From positions 5,774 to 69,773 of the forward strand of contig CALWYP010000038.1 in the NCBI GenBank assembly GCA_944385795.1: a stretch of 64,000 nt of DNA, written 5' to 3'. A model generated the notes under the pieces. That model had not been told where the DNA came from, did no database searches, and saw nothing but the letters and a program-made list of their open reading frames with translations. Source of the stretch: an uncultured Oscillospiraceae bacterium (GTDB taxonomy: Bacteria > Bacillota > Clostridia > Oscillospirales > Oscillospiraceae). The position numbers and the translations under genes were made by a program. Of the stretch, positions 18,432 to 27,510 are shown piece by piece (position 1 is the first letter of the stretch; each line of letters begins with the position of its first letter).

Positions 18432-20801
18432 ATGATCACTGAGCGTATCGAGAAGATCCGTCAGAACTATGTTAACGCGAAGCCGCAGATATCCTATGAG
18501 CGCGCGCTTATATGGACCGAGTCCTATAAGAGCACCGAGGGCAAGCCGGCTTGTATACGCGCCGCCAAGGCCTTCTATGACTGCTGCGACCGCCTGGGAG
18601 TGCACATTTTCGAGGGCGAGCTGGTTGTCGGCGCAATCGGCGAATTCCGCAAATGCGGCATACTTACGCCTGAGTTCTCCTGGATGTGGGTTGACCGCGA
18701 GATGGACAATTTTGCGACCAGGCCGCAGGATCCGTACGTCATGACGGATGAGCAGCGTGCCTTCGTCCGCGAAAACATTTTCCCCTACTGGAAGGGCAAG
18801 AGCCTTGAGGAGGCCTTCCTCGCCCGCCTGCCCGAGGATACGCGGCGCGTCGGAGTCGACACCGGCGTCATAGACAGCGACTCCAAGTGGAGGCAGGCCG
18901 TGGGCGAAATAACGCCTGACTACCAGGACGTCCTCTTCAAGAAGGGCTTCGGCGGGATTATGCGCGAGGCCGAGGAGCACATCGCCGCCCTCGACATTTC
19001 CAAGCCCGAGGACGAGGATAAGCGCGACTTCTACGAATCCGTGATCTGGGCCTGCCGCGGTATCATCCGTATTGCCGGGCGCTATGCCGACGAGGCCGAG
19101 CGCCTGGCCTCCGAAGAGGCCGACGCTGTGCGCGCCGGCGAGCTGCGCACCATAGCCGCGGTCTGCCGCGCCGTGCCGGCCAACCCGCCGCGCAGCTTCC
19201 GCGAAGCCATCCAGTTCGTGTGGTTCACCCAGCTCGGCGGCATACTGTCCGAGAACCCGCTCGCGCTTAACCCCGGCCGCTTTGACCAGTATATGGACCC
19301 CTACTACGAGGCGGACCTTGCCGCCGGCAGCATCACCGCCGACGAGGCCCAGGAGCTTATCGACGCCCTCTGGCTCAAGTACTCCGAATGGGTCTGGACC
19401 ATTTCCGCCAACACCGCCGACTATTTCGCGGGCTACAACCAGTTCCAGAACCTGACCGTCGGCGGCAAGACGCGCGACGGCAAGGACGGAACCAACGCCG
19501 TCACCTATATGGCCCTCAAGGCGACCGAGGAGGTCAAAACTCATCAGCCGGGCCTTTCCGTGCGCGTCCACGCCGACTGCCCGAGGGATTTCCTCGACGC
19601 CGTTACTCATCTTGTCAGCAAGGGCACCGGCTTCCCGGCCATCCACAGCGACAGCGTCGGCTACCAGATGCTGCTCAACCTCGGATATTCCCCCGACGAC
19701 GCCCGCGACTGGAGCAACTGCGGCTGCGTGGTGCCCCACTCGCGCAAGACCGGCGAGTGGACCAGCGCCGCCAATCTCAATTTCGGCTCCGCGCTGGAGT
19801 ACGCCCTCAACGAGGGCCGCTCGCTCATGACCGGCGAGCTGATGGGCCTTGAGACGCCTCCCGCCGCCGAATACGCCGGCTTTGAGGCCGTCAAGCAGGC
19901 TTTCTACAGCCAGTTTGACAACCTCTGCCGCCACGCGGTCATCTCCCTCGTGACCGCCCAGAGGGTCCACCGCGAGATGGTCCCCCGCCCCTTCCTCTCC
20001 GCCTGCAACGAGCACTGCATGGAGAGCGGCACCGACCTGAGCCACGGCGGCGCCAAGTATAACATCGGGCCCGTCATCACCGGCATCGGCCTGGCTGTTG
20101 TCGCCAATTCCCTCGCCGCCATAAAGAAGCTGGTCTTCGAGGACAAGGCTTGCAGCATGGCGGAGCTCGTCGCCGCCCTGCGCGCCAACTGGGAGGGCTA
20201 TGACGAGCTGCGCGCTCTGGCGCAGGCCTGCCCGAAGTACGGCAACGACGACGACTACGTCGACTCCATAGCGCAGGAGGTCTCCAACCACTATTACCAT
20301 GAGGTGCACCAGTACAAGGACATCTTTGGCAACCCCTTCACCACCGCCTTCATGGGTATCTCCAACTACATCCCCATGGGCCGCGTGCTCGGCGCCACTC
20401 CCGACGGGCGCAAGAACGGCGAGCCCTCCAGCGAGGGCGTGAGCCCCTTCGTCGGCACGGATAAGTCCACCCCGCTCGCCGCCATGCGCTCCACCGCCAA
20501 GATGAACCAGGAAATCCACTCCGGCGGCACGCTGCTGAATCTCAGGCTTAACCCAGAGCTCGTGGCCACCAAGCGCGGCCAATCCAACCTCGGCGCGATG
20601 ATTCAGACGCTCTTCTCCCTCGGCGGCTTCCATGTGCAGTTCAACTGCATTTCCTCCGACATACTGCGCGACGCGCAGAAGCACCCCGAGAACTATCGGG
20701 ACCTCCTCGTGCGCGTGGCCGGCTATTCGACCCAGTTCGTAAACCTGTCCAGGTCCATGCAGGACGCCATCATCGCGCGTACCGAGCACAGCGGCTTCTG
20801 A
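18432..20801 (+). CDS. Glycyl radical enzyme of the PFL2 (dehydratase/lyase) type, substrate unknown
   Basis: C-terminal glycyl radical motif RVAGYSTQF (Gly codon 20721..20723). Cys loop WSNCGCVVPH (Cys 19725..19727). Size (~790 aa) and N-terminus are typical of PFL2-type GREs. The second ATG (18432) has better RBS spacing than 18423. Confidence 0.85.
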   Translation: MITERIEKIRQNYVNAKPQISYERALIWTESYKSTEGKPACIRAAKAFYDCCDRLGVHIFEGELVVGAIGEFRKCGILTPEFSWMWVDREMDNFATRPQDPYVMTDEQRAFVRENIFPYWKGKSLEEAFLARLPEDTRRVGVDTGVIDSDSKWRQAVGEITPDYQDVLFKKGFGGIMREAEEHIAALDISKPEDEDKRDFYESVIWACRGIIRIAGRYADEAERLASEEADAVRAGELRTIAAVCRAVPANPPRSFREAIQFVWFTQLGGILSENPLALNPGRFDQYMDPYYEADLAAGSITADEAQELIDALWLKYSEWVWTISANTADYFAGYNQFQNLTVGGKTRDGKDGTNAVTYMALKATEEVKTHQPGLSVRVHADCPRDFLDAVTHLVSKGTGFPAIHSDSVGYQMLLNLGYSPDDARDWSNCGCVVPHSRKTGEWTSAANLNFGSALEYALNEGRSLMTGELMGLETPPAAEYAGFEAVKQAFYSQFDNLCRHAVISLVTAQRVHREMVPRPFLSACNEHCMESGTDLSHGGAKYNIGPVITGIGLAVVANSLAAIKKLVFEDKACSMAELVAALRANWEGYDELRALAQACPKYGNDDDYVDSIAQEVSNHYYHEVHQYKDIFGNPFTTAFMGISNYIPMGRVLGATPDGRKNGEPSSEGVSPFVGTDKSTPLAAMRSTAKMNQEIHSGGTLLNLRLNPELVATKRGQSNLGAMIQTLFSLGGFHVQFNCISSDILRDAQKHPENYRDLLVRVAGYSTQFVNLSRSMQDAIIARTEHSGF

Positions 20802-20868
20802 TAAACTAAAACGCGGGCGGCCGCAGGCTTTTGCGGCCGCCTTTAATTAAAATTTGGAGGAAAGAGCT

Positions 20869-21609
20869 ATGGGCGGATATATTATGCAGCTTCAGGACTT
20901 TTCGGTCAACGACGGCGAGGGCATACGCACGATCGTCTTTATGGCCGGCTGCCCCCTGCGCTGCGCGTGGTGCTCCAACCCCGAAGGCCAGACCCTGCGC
21001 AATCCCATGACACGATGGGCAGAGGCCGGGGAGATAATCGGACACATAAGGCACCAGGAGATATTTTACCGCAGTTCCGGCGGCGGGGTGACATTCTCCG
21101 GCGGCGAAGCCACGGCCCAGCCGGACTTCCTCGCGGAGCTTGTGAACGAGCTCTACGACGAGGGCTTCAACCTCGCCATTGAGACCTGCGGCTTTTTCGA
21201 CTTTGAAAGGATCAGGCCCTTGCTGATGAAGATGGAGCGTATCTTCATGGACCTCAAGTGCCTGGACGCCGGACGCCACCGCGCCTTCACCGGCGCGGAT
21301 AACGGCCTTATACTCGAGAACCTGTCCAGGACAGCCGCGCTCGGCGTGCCTATGACCATACGGATCCCCACCATCCTCGGAGTTAACGCCGCGGACGACG
21401 ACATGGCTGCGGCCTTCGACTTCATTGCCGGCTCCTGCCGCGGCGCCAGCCTCGAGCTGCTGCCTTATCACAGGTACGGCGAGGCAAAATACGCCCAGCT
21501 CGGCCTCGAAGCCCCCGGCAGCGAGTTCGGCACCCCGGCTCCCGAGCAGATCGAGCGCTGGCTTGGCATGGCCCGTGAACGGGGGATTGAGACCGTGTCC
21601 TTCAAATGA
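20869..21609 (+). CDS. Glycyl-radical-enzyme activating enzyme (radical SAM), short PflA-like form
   Basis: CX3CX2C motif GCPLRCAWCSNPE and GGE motif TFSGGEAT. There are no additional ferredoxin-type Cys clusters. ATG 20869 follows GGAGG by 8 nt. The track start 20854 is a TTG. Confidence 0.85.
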   Translation: MGGYIMQLQDFSVNDGEGIRTIVFMAGCPLRCAWCSNPEGQTLRNPMTRWAEAGEIIGHIRHQEIFYRSSGGGVTFSGGEATAQPDFLAELVNELYDEGFNLAIETCGFFDFERIRPLLMKMERIFMDLKCLDAGRHRAFTGADNGLILENLSRTAALGVPMTIRIPTILGVNAADDDMAAAFDFIAGSCRGASLELLPYHRYGEAKYAQLGLEAPGSEFGTPAPEQIERWLGMARERGIETVSFK

Positions 21610-22964
21610 ATATGGATACCAGCAACACGAGGAGTGGCTTTATGCGGATGGCCGTCGTCCTGCCTAAGACGCAGGTGGAAATTTATTACCAGAGGTTTAC
21701 CGCCGTATTTGAAAATGAATTCAGTGAAATAGAAGTTGAATACATATTTTACAAGGATTATAAGGAGGCCCCGGGCCTGATAAAAGACAGGCAGCGGGAC
21801 TTTGACGCGATTATTTTCGCGGGGTCGGCGTCGTATTTCTACACCGAGAGCCAGCTCAAGCAGGAGACAATCTGGCTGTATCTCCCGCGCGAGGGCAGCG
21901 CCATCTATCGCGCGCTGCTGCTCGCCTACCGGCGGGGCTGGGACATAACCAGGCTGAGCTTTGACACCTATGAGCCTGACATGCTCAGGGAGGCTTATGA
22001 GGAGCTGGGTTACGACGCGGCGAGCTTAAATATACACCTGTGCAAGGGAAACCTGCGCAGCCCCGATTATAACCGCTTCGTGCTGGACTTCCACCAGGGC
22101 CTGCTGTCCAGCGGCCGCGTCAGCGGCTGCATAACGCGGCTGACCACCGTGGCCAATATGATGGAGACTCAGGGGATACCCTATATCTTCGCGCATCCCA
22201 CCATCGACACCGTGCGCGAGCAGGTTTCCTTCGCCCAGAAGCTGGCCGTGGCAAGGCGCGACTGCTGGGGGCAAATTGCCGTGCTGCTGGTGAACGTAGC
22301 TATGCCCCTCGACTACTCCGTGCTTGTCTCGGCGGACTACTCCATTGAAATGGACCGCCTGCGCATGGCGAACCATGTACACCGTTTTGCAAACCTTATC
22401 CGCGGCATGGCGATGGAACAGGGCACGAGCGCGTACGTCATAGTGTCCACGATGGACCTGCTTGAGGCGCAGACAGAGGTTTACAGGAGCCTGCCGCTTA
22501 TAGACTGGCTGGAAAAGGAGTGCCCCTACACCATTTCCGTAGGGATAGGCTGCGGCGAGTCGGTGTACGAAGCGCACCGCATGGCGGCGCTGGCCCTGCG
22601 CAAGTGCACGCAGAGGAAAAGGAGCTCCGCTTATGTCCAATTCCCGGACGGCACGGGGCTCTTCATACGCCGCGGCGGATCGGTCACCGCGGAACGCAGC
22701 GCCATGGACGAATGGCAGGAAACCGCGGTCGCCAGCGGTCTGAGCGTCAGTACAATCTACCGTCTTGCGGAACTAATAAACAGAAAACAGACCGATACCA
22801 TGACCGCGCAGGAGATAGCCGACGGCCTGCACATCAACCGCCGCAGCGCCGACCGCCTGATAGAAAAGCTGGAGTCGGCCGGCCGGGCGTCCGTCACCGG
22901 ACGCGAGCTCTCCGGGAAGAAGGGCCGGCCGGCGCGTATAGTCCAACTGTTCCTAAAGCTCTGA
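21606..22964 (+). CDS. Putative transcriptional regulator of unknown family (large N-terminal sensor-like region, C-terminal HTH)
   Basis: The start overlaps the activase stop (ATGA). The C-terminal HTH-like segments are LSVSTIYRLAELI and MTAQEIADGLHINRRSADRLIEKLE. I recognise no enzymatic motif. Confidence 0.5.
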   Translation: MNMDTSNTRSGFMRMAVVLPKTQVEIYYQRFTAVFENEFSEIEVEYIFYKDYKEAPGLIKDRQRDFDAIIFAGSASYFYTESQLKQETIWLYLPREGSAIYRALLLAYRRGWDITRLSFDTYEPDMLREAYEELGYDAASLNIHLCKGNLRSPDYNRFVLDFHQGLLSSGRVSGCITRLTTVANMMETQGIPYIFAHPTIDTVREQVSFAQKLAVARRDCWGQIAVLLVNVAMPLDYSVLVSADYSIEMDRLRMANHVHRFANLIRGMAMEQGTSAYVIVSTMDLLEAQTEVYRSLPLIDWLEKECPYTISVGIGCGESVYEAHRMAALALRKCTQRKRSSAYVQFPDGTGLFIRRGGSVTAERSAMDEWQETAVASGLSVSTIYRLAELINRKQTDTMTAQEIADGLHINRRSADRLIEKLESAGRASVTGRELSGKKGRPARIVQLFLKL

Positions 22965-22976
22965 ATACCTTCCAAC

Positions 22977-23013
22977 AAATCCCGCCGGGGCACACGCGCC
23001 GGCGGGATTTTTT
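22977..23013 (+). terminator. Rho-independent terminator ending the GRE-activase-regulator unit
   Basis: AAATCCCGCCGG ... CCGGCGGGATTT hairpin followed by additional T residues. Confidence 0.75.
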
Positions 23014-23199
23014 CGTCGTATTAAACAAGAACCATGTGGATGAATTGACAAAATTCCCAAATAATTTTTGGACTAATTATGGGCCTATTTCGGCATCGGC
23101 CCGTGCGTTATTTTGTTCTCAAAGAAGAGCGCCGTTTGCACAAAGCCGGCTGCGTTCTCAGGCGGGCGATAGTGCGCCAAGCTCAAAGGGGGAGCCAAA

Positions 23200-23907
23200 A
23201 TGTCACAAGATCAGTTCCAGACTGTAATAAACAGCCCGTGGATGTGGCTGGCCTGCGGCGTAATGGTGCTTATAGTCATAGCGCAGTCGGTCGTATATCT
23301 AAGAGGGGCGCTGAGGGAAGCGGACCGCCTTGGCATAGAAGCCAAAAGGCGGCATGGCGCAATACGCTCCGCCTGCATAAGCGCGGTGGGCCCGTCGCTT
23401 TCCCCGGTCATAATCGCGCTGAGCATGATTACGATAATCGGCGCGCCGAACACCTGGCTGTATCTCAACAACGTTGGCGCGGCCCGCACGGAGCTCGCAA
23501 CGGTGGCCATAGGGGCGGAATTTGCCGGCGTGTTTGAGCTTGGCGACAACATCGGCATGAGCGCGCTCAGCTGCGCCATGTGGGCCTGCGCGCTAAACGG
23601 CGTGGGCTGGATGATAGTGGTATTCTTCCTCAACCACCGTATGCAGCGGATTTCCGACGCGCTGTACGCAAAATTCGACCGGGCGCTAGTGAGCGCGCTC
23701 ATGGGCGCGGCGGTTACCAGCCTCTTCTGTTATCTGCTGGGCAACCAGCTCGTAAGCGGGAACTGGAGGCACTATCTTGCGGCGGCGATATCCGGCGGCT
23801 GTATGCTGCTGCTTGGATACATATGCAAAGGGCACGGCGTGCTGCAGGAAATTTCACTTGGCGTCTCAATGCTGGCAGGTATGCTGCTCACGCAGCTTGT
23901 GGCGTAA
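23200..23907 (+). CDS. Integral membrane protein, paralog A of a tandem pair (possibly DUF5058-like; family assignment uncertain)
   Basis: 235 aa, multi-TM. Clearly homologous to the next gene (shared blocks INSP..W, LRG.L.EA..LGI.A.RR...IRSACI...GPSL.PV, GAARTEL, FFL.HRM, AAAISG). RBS GGGGGAG. Confidence 0.6.
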   Translation: MSQDQFQTVINSPWMWLACGVMVLIVIAQSVVYLRGALREADRLGIEAKRRHGAIRSACISAVGPSLSPVIIALSMITIIGAPNTWLYLNNVGAARTELATVAIGAEFAGVFELGDNIGMSALSCAMWACALNGVGWMIVVFFLNHRMQRISDALYAKFDRALVSALMGAAVTSLFCYLLGNQLVSGNWRHYLAAAISGGCMLLLGYICKGHGVLQEISLGVSMLAGMLLTQLVA

Positions 23908-23942
23908 GCCAATATTAAGCCTGAAAAAGAGGAGGAGAAAAA

Positions 23943-24644
23943 ATGGACTTCCAAGAAATCATCAACAGTCCGATATTGTGGGTCCTGTCAGGCCTTATGG
24001 TAGTGGCCAGCGTGGTGCAGGCAATAGTGTTCCTGCGCGGGTCGCTCAAAGAGGCCAACAAGCTCGGAATCGACGCGTCGCGCCGCAAGGCGAGCATACG
24101 AAGCGCGTGCATAACCTCGCTGGGCCCCTCCCTGGCGCCGGTAGTCAGCGTGCTCGCGCTCATGGCCGTTATCGGCGGGCCGACCACCTGGATGCGCCTG
24201 TGCGACGTCGGCGCCGCGCGTACCGAGCTCGGCGTCGTCTCGCTCATGGCTAACCTCACGGGGGCCGAGGTCGGCGGCGAGAGCTTCGGCATCCAGAGCT
24301 TCGCCTACTCGCTCTGGGGCATGGCGCTCAACAACTTCGGCTGGCTGGCCATAGTGTTCTTCCTCGTCCACCGCATGGACAAGGTCGTCGTCTGGATGGA
24401 CAAGAAGTACGACCCCAAGTGGATAAAGGTTCTTATGGGCGCGGCCACCATGAGCATGTTCGCCTACCTGCTGAGCAATCAGCTCTACAAGTTTAACTGG
24501 AACAACTGGGCCGCGGCGGCCATCAGCGGCGCTTCAATGCTGATCATAGGCTCCGCGTTCAAAAAGCACCAGAGGCTGCAGGAGCTGGCACTCGGCCTCT
24601 CGCTAATCATCGGTATGCTGGCCACCCAGGCCATATTTGGCTGA
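23943..24644 (+). CDS. Integral membrane protein, paralog B of the tandem pair
   Basis: 233 aa, collinear with 23200..23907 over its full length. RBS GAGGAGGAG. Confidence 0.6.
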   Translation: MDFQEIINSPILWVLSGLMVVASVVQAIVFLRGSLKEANKLGIDASRRKASIRSACITSLGPSLAPVVSVLALMAVIGGPTTWMRLCDVGAARTELGVVSLMANLTGAEVGGESFGIQSFAYSLWGMALNNFGWLAIVFFLVHRMDKVVVWMDKKYDPKWIKVLMGAATMSMFAYLLSNQLYKFNWNNWAAAAISGASMLIIGSAFKKHQRLQELALGLSLIIGMLATQAIFG

Positions 24645-24668
24645 ACGCCCGGATAAGGAGGCAGTAAA

Positions 24669-25331
24669 ATGTCATACAATTCTTCCGTCATCCGCAACGG
24701 CCGCATAACCATGGGCCTTGCGATTATAGCGAACTTCATCCCCGCCATCTATGTCGGCTTCGCCTACGACGTTATGCCGCCCATCGGCGTGCTGTTCCAG
24801 ATTTGGGGCGTCGTCGCGGCGAGCTACGGCATCACCTGGATAATCCAGCCCATAGCCTATTATCCCACGATGGGCACCGCCGGCTCCTATATCGGCTGGC
24901 TGGCCGGCAGCTGCGGCGACATACGCATGCCCGCCGCCGCAATGGCCCAGAAGGTGGCCCGCGTTGAGGCCGGCACGCACGAGGGCGACGTTATAGGCAC
25001 TATCGGCGTGGCCTGCTCCGTGCTCGTATCCGCATCTATGGTCACCCTCTTCGTACTTATCGGCACCCAGGTCATCCCCCTGCTGCCCGAGTTCATCACC
25101 GAGTCCTTCAGCTACATACTGCCCGCGCTCTTCGGCGCCATCTTTGTCGACAACGCCCGCAAGAACCTCAAGGCCGGTATACTCACCCTGGTCTGCGGCA
25201 TGCTTATCCTCCACTTCGGCACCATGATAGGCATCAACAGCGGAATCCTGACCCTGCTCATCGTCGTGCTGGGCATACTCATCACCCGCGTCTTCTTCGT
25301 CGCCGACAAGAAAAAGGCCGCCAAGGAATAA
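24669..25331 (+). CDS. Integral membrane protein of unknown function (third component of the putative transporter)
   Basis: 220 aa, hydrophobic, with a conserved-looking loop GSCGDIRMPAAAMAQKV. RBS AAGGAGG. Only a 24-nt gap separates it from the previous gene. Confidence 0.55.
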   Translation: MSYNSSVIRNGRITMGLAIIANFIPAIYVGFAYDVMPPIGVLFQIWGVVAASYGITWIIQPIAYYPTMGTAGSYIGWLAGSCGDIRMPAAAMAQKVARVEAGTHEGDVIGTIGVACSVLVSASMVTLFVLIGTQVIPLLPEFITESFSYILPALFGAIFVDNARKNLKAGILTLVCGMLILHFGTMIGINSGILTLLIVVLGILITRVFFVADKKKAAKE

Positions 25332-25346
25332 GGAGGACATGGATAT

Positions 25347-26528
25347 ATGGAAGCTATACTCAAAAAACAGCTGGAAGACTACATAGATTCCCACCGCCAG
25401 GAAATGCTCGACCTCTGGCGCGACGTAGTCAACCTCGAGGGAAACAGCGACGATCTGGCCGGCCTGCGGCTGGTCGTCGACAGGTTCAAGGCCGAATTTG
25501 AGGCCGCCGGAATGACCTGCCAGCTCCTACCCATGGGCGATAAGACCCAGGATTACCTTGTTGGCACGCTTGGCAGCGACAGGCCCGGCAAGGCCGTGCT
25601 CTTCAGCGGGCACTACGACACTATTCTCCCGCGCGGCAAATACGGGCCCTCCCCCTTCAGGATCGAAAATGGCCACGCCCGCGGCCCGGGCGTGCTGGAC
25701 ATGAAGGGCGGCATAGTGATAGCCCTCTACGTCATCCGCGCCCTTAACGCCATTGGCTGGGCCGAGCGTCCGCTCAAGATATGCTTTGTCTCCGACGAGG
25801 AGAGCTGCCACGAGCACAACGACAAGGCCGGGGAAACCCTCATGCGCGAGGCGGAGGGCTGCCTTTGCGCCTTCAACATGGAGACCGGCCGCATAAACAA
25901 CGACATCTGCATCGGCCGCAGCGCGCGCGTAGGCTTTGACGTCGCTATCGACGGCGTCGCCGCACACGCCGGCAACGACTTCGCCTCCGGCCGCAGCGCC
26001 ATCGCCGAAATGTGCCGCAAGGTGCTCGAGCTTGAGGCCCTTACCAACCTCGAAAAGGGCAGCACGGTAAACTGCGGCGTCATCCGCGGCGGCACGGTGG
26101 CCAACGCTATCCCCGGCCACTGCGAACTGAACGTGGACATGCGCTTCCTCAGCCAGGCCGAGCTCACCAAGACCGTCGAGGCCGCGAAAGCCATCTGCGA
26201 GAAAACCTGGATAGACGGCACGCACACCACCTATTCTTACCGCGTGGCCATGCCCGCCTTCGAAACCATCCCCGGCGTCATGGAACTGTACGAGCTCACC
26301 CGCAGCGCCAGCGAAGCCTACGGTTACGGCAGCCCCGGCAAGATAGTGCTCGGCGGCGTGTCCGACGCCAGCTACCTCACCATGGCCGGCGTTCCCACGC
26401 TCTGCTCCTGCGGCGTGCGCGGCGAAAATAACCACACCGACGAAGAGTACGGCCTTGTGGAATCCCTCTACGAGCGCGCCAAGCTGCTCACCGCCGTCGT
26501 GCTCCATCTTGACGAGTTCAAGTATTGA
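25347..26528 (+). CDS. M20-family metallopeptidase / amidohydrolase (carboxypeptidase G2-like)
   Basis: M20 signatures: LFSGHYDT, GPGVLDMKGG, VSDEE and a C-terminal GG.SDAS block. Confidence 0.8.
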   Translation: MEAILKKQLEDYIDSHRQEMLDLWRDVVNLEGNSDDLAGLRLVVDRFKAEFEAAGMTCQLLPMGDKTQDYLVGTLGSDRPGKAVLFSGHYDTILPRGKYGPSPFRIENGHARGPGVLDMKGGIVIALYVIRALNAIGWAERPLKICFVSDEESCHEHNDKAGETLMREAEGCLCAFNMETGRINNDICIGRSARVGFDVAIDGVAAHAGNDFASGRSAIAEMCRKVLELEALTNLEKGSTVNCGVIRGGTVANAIPGHCELNVDMRFLSQAELTKTVEAAKAICEKTWIDGTHTTYSYRVAMPAFETIPGVMELYELTRSASEAYGYGSPGKIVLGGVSDASYLTMAGVPTLCSCGVRGENNHTDEEYGLVESLYERAKLLTAVVLHLDEFKY

Positions 26529-26545
26529 TTATTAAGGAGAAATCA

Positions 26546-26917
26546 ATGAAAGTAACCCACACCACCCACGCGCCGGCGGCCATAGGGCCATATTCGCAGG
26601 CCGTTTCCGCCAACGGTTTTCTCTTCACCTCCGGCCAGATCGGCCTTATCCCCGAAAGCGGCAAGCCCGCCGGGACGACCGTTGCAATCCAGGCCGACCA
26701 GTGCTGCCAGAACATAAAGGCTATACTCGAGGCCAACGGCCTCGACTTCAACAGGGTAGTAAAAACGACCTGTTTCCTCGCCGATATAGCCGATTTCGCG
26801 GCCTTTAACGAGGTGTACGCGAGGTACTTCACCGGCAAGCCCGCGCGCAGCTGCTTTGCCGTGAAGGATTTGCCCGGCAGCATGCTCTGCGAGATAGAAG
26901 TCATAGCCGCGCTGTAA
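26546..26917 (+). CDS. ridA: RidA/YjgF-family reactive enamine/imine deaminase
   Basis: AIGPYSQA, FTSGQIG and CFLADIADFAAFNEVY blocks. ATG 26546 follows AAGGAG. The track start 26525 overlaps the previous gene without an RBS. Confidence 0.85.
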   Translation: MKVTHTTHAPAAIGPYSQAVSANGFLFTSGQIGLIPESGKPAGTTVAIQADQCCQNIKAILEANGLDFNRVVKTTCFLADIADFAAFNEVYARYFTGKPARSCFAVKDLPGSMLCEIEVIAAL

Positions 26918-26931
26918 ACTGGGGGAGCGAT

Positions 26932-27510
26932 ATGGATAATATTGTAGAAATCCGCTGGCACGGCCGCGGCGGGCAGGGCGCGAAAACCGCCGCCCTGCTG
27001 CTCGCCGACGCCGCCTTCAACACCGGCAAGTATGTCCAGGGCTTCCCTGAGTACGGCCCCGAGCGCATGGGCGCGCCCATAACGGCGTATAACCGTATAA
27101 GCTCCGAGCGCAGCACCGTACACTCGAACATCTACTGCCCGGACTACGTCGTCGTCGTCGACGAGACGCTCATCAGCTCCGTAGACGTGACCGCCGGCCT
27201 CAAGCCTGAGGGCGCGATAGTCATAAACTCCGGCAAAGCGCCCGAAGAGCTGCGCCCAATGCTCAAGGGCTATACCGGCAAGGTCTGCACGATCGACGCC
27301 GGCAGGATCTCCGAGGAGGAACTTGGCAGGAACTTCCCCAACACGCCCATGCTCGCCGCCATAGTCAATGTGACCGGGATTATAGACGAGGACGAGTTCG
27401 TGAAGGATATGGAGGGCTCGTTCAGGCACAAGTTTGCAAGCAAGCCCCAGGTCATAGAGGGCAACATGCGCGCGCTCAAGCGCGCGCTCAAGGAGGTGCG
27501 CATAGGATGA
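26932..27510 (+). CDS. 2-oxoacid:ferredoxin oxidoreductase, gamma subunit
   Basis: IRWHGRGGQGAKTAALLLA motif typical of PorG/VorG. First of four tightly spaced or overlapping genes. Confidence 0.85.
   Translation: MDNIVEIRWHGRGGQGAKTAALLLADAAFNTGKYVQGFPEYGPERMGAPITAYNRISSERSTVHSNIYCPDYVVVVDETLISSVDVTAGLKPEGAIVINSGKAPEELRPMLKGYTGKVCTIDAGRISEEELGRNFPNTPMLAAIVNVTGIIDEDEFVKDMEGSFRHKFASKPQVIEGNMRALKRALKEVRIG

Noticed and set aside
18321-20789. 822-aa minus-strand ORF opposite the glycyl radical enzyme gene
   Set aside because: It is a shadow ORF with low-complexity Gly/Ala/Val/Leu/His-rich translation and no RBS. The plus-strand product has unmistakable GRE motifs.
23014-23199. A ~185-nt leader before the membrane-protein operon, considered as a possible riboswitch
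   Set aside because: I could not match it to any riboswitch consensus I know (glycine, lysine, SAM, TPP, purine, T-box, cobalamin). No convincing terminator/antiterminator pair is visible either. It is left unannotated.
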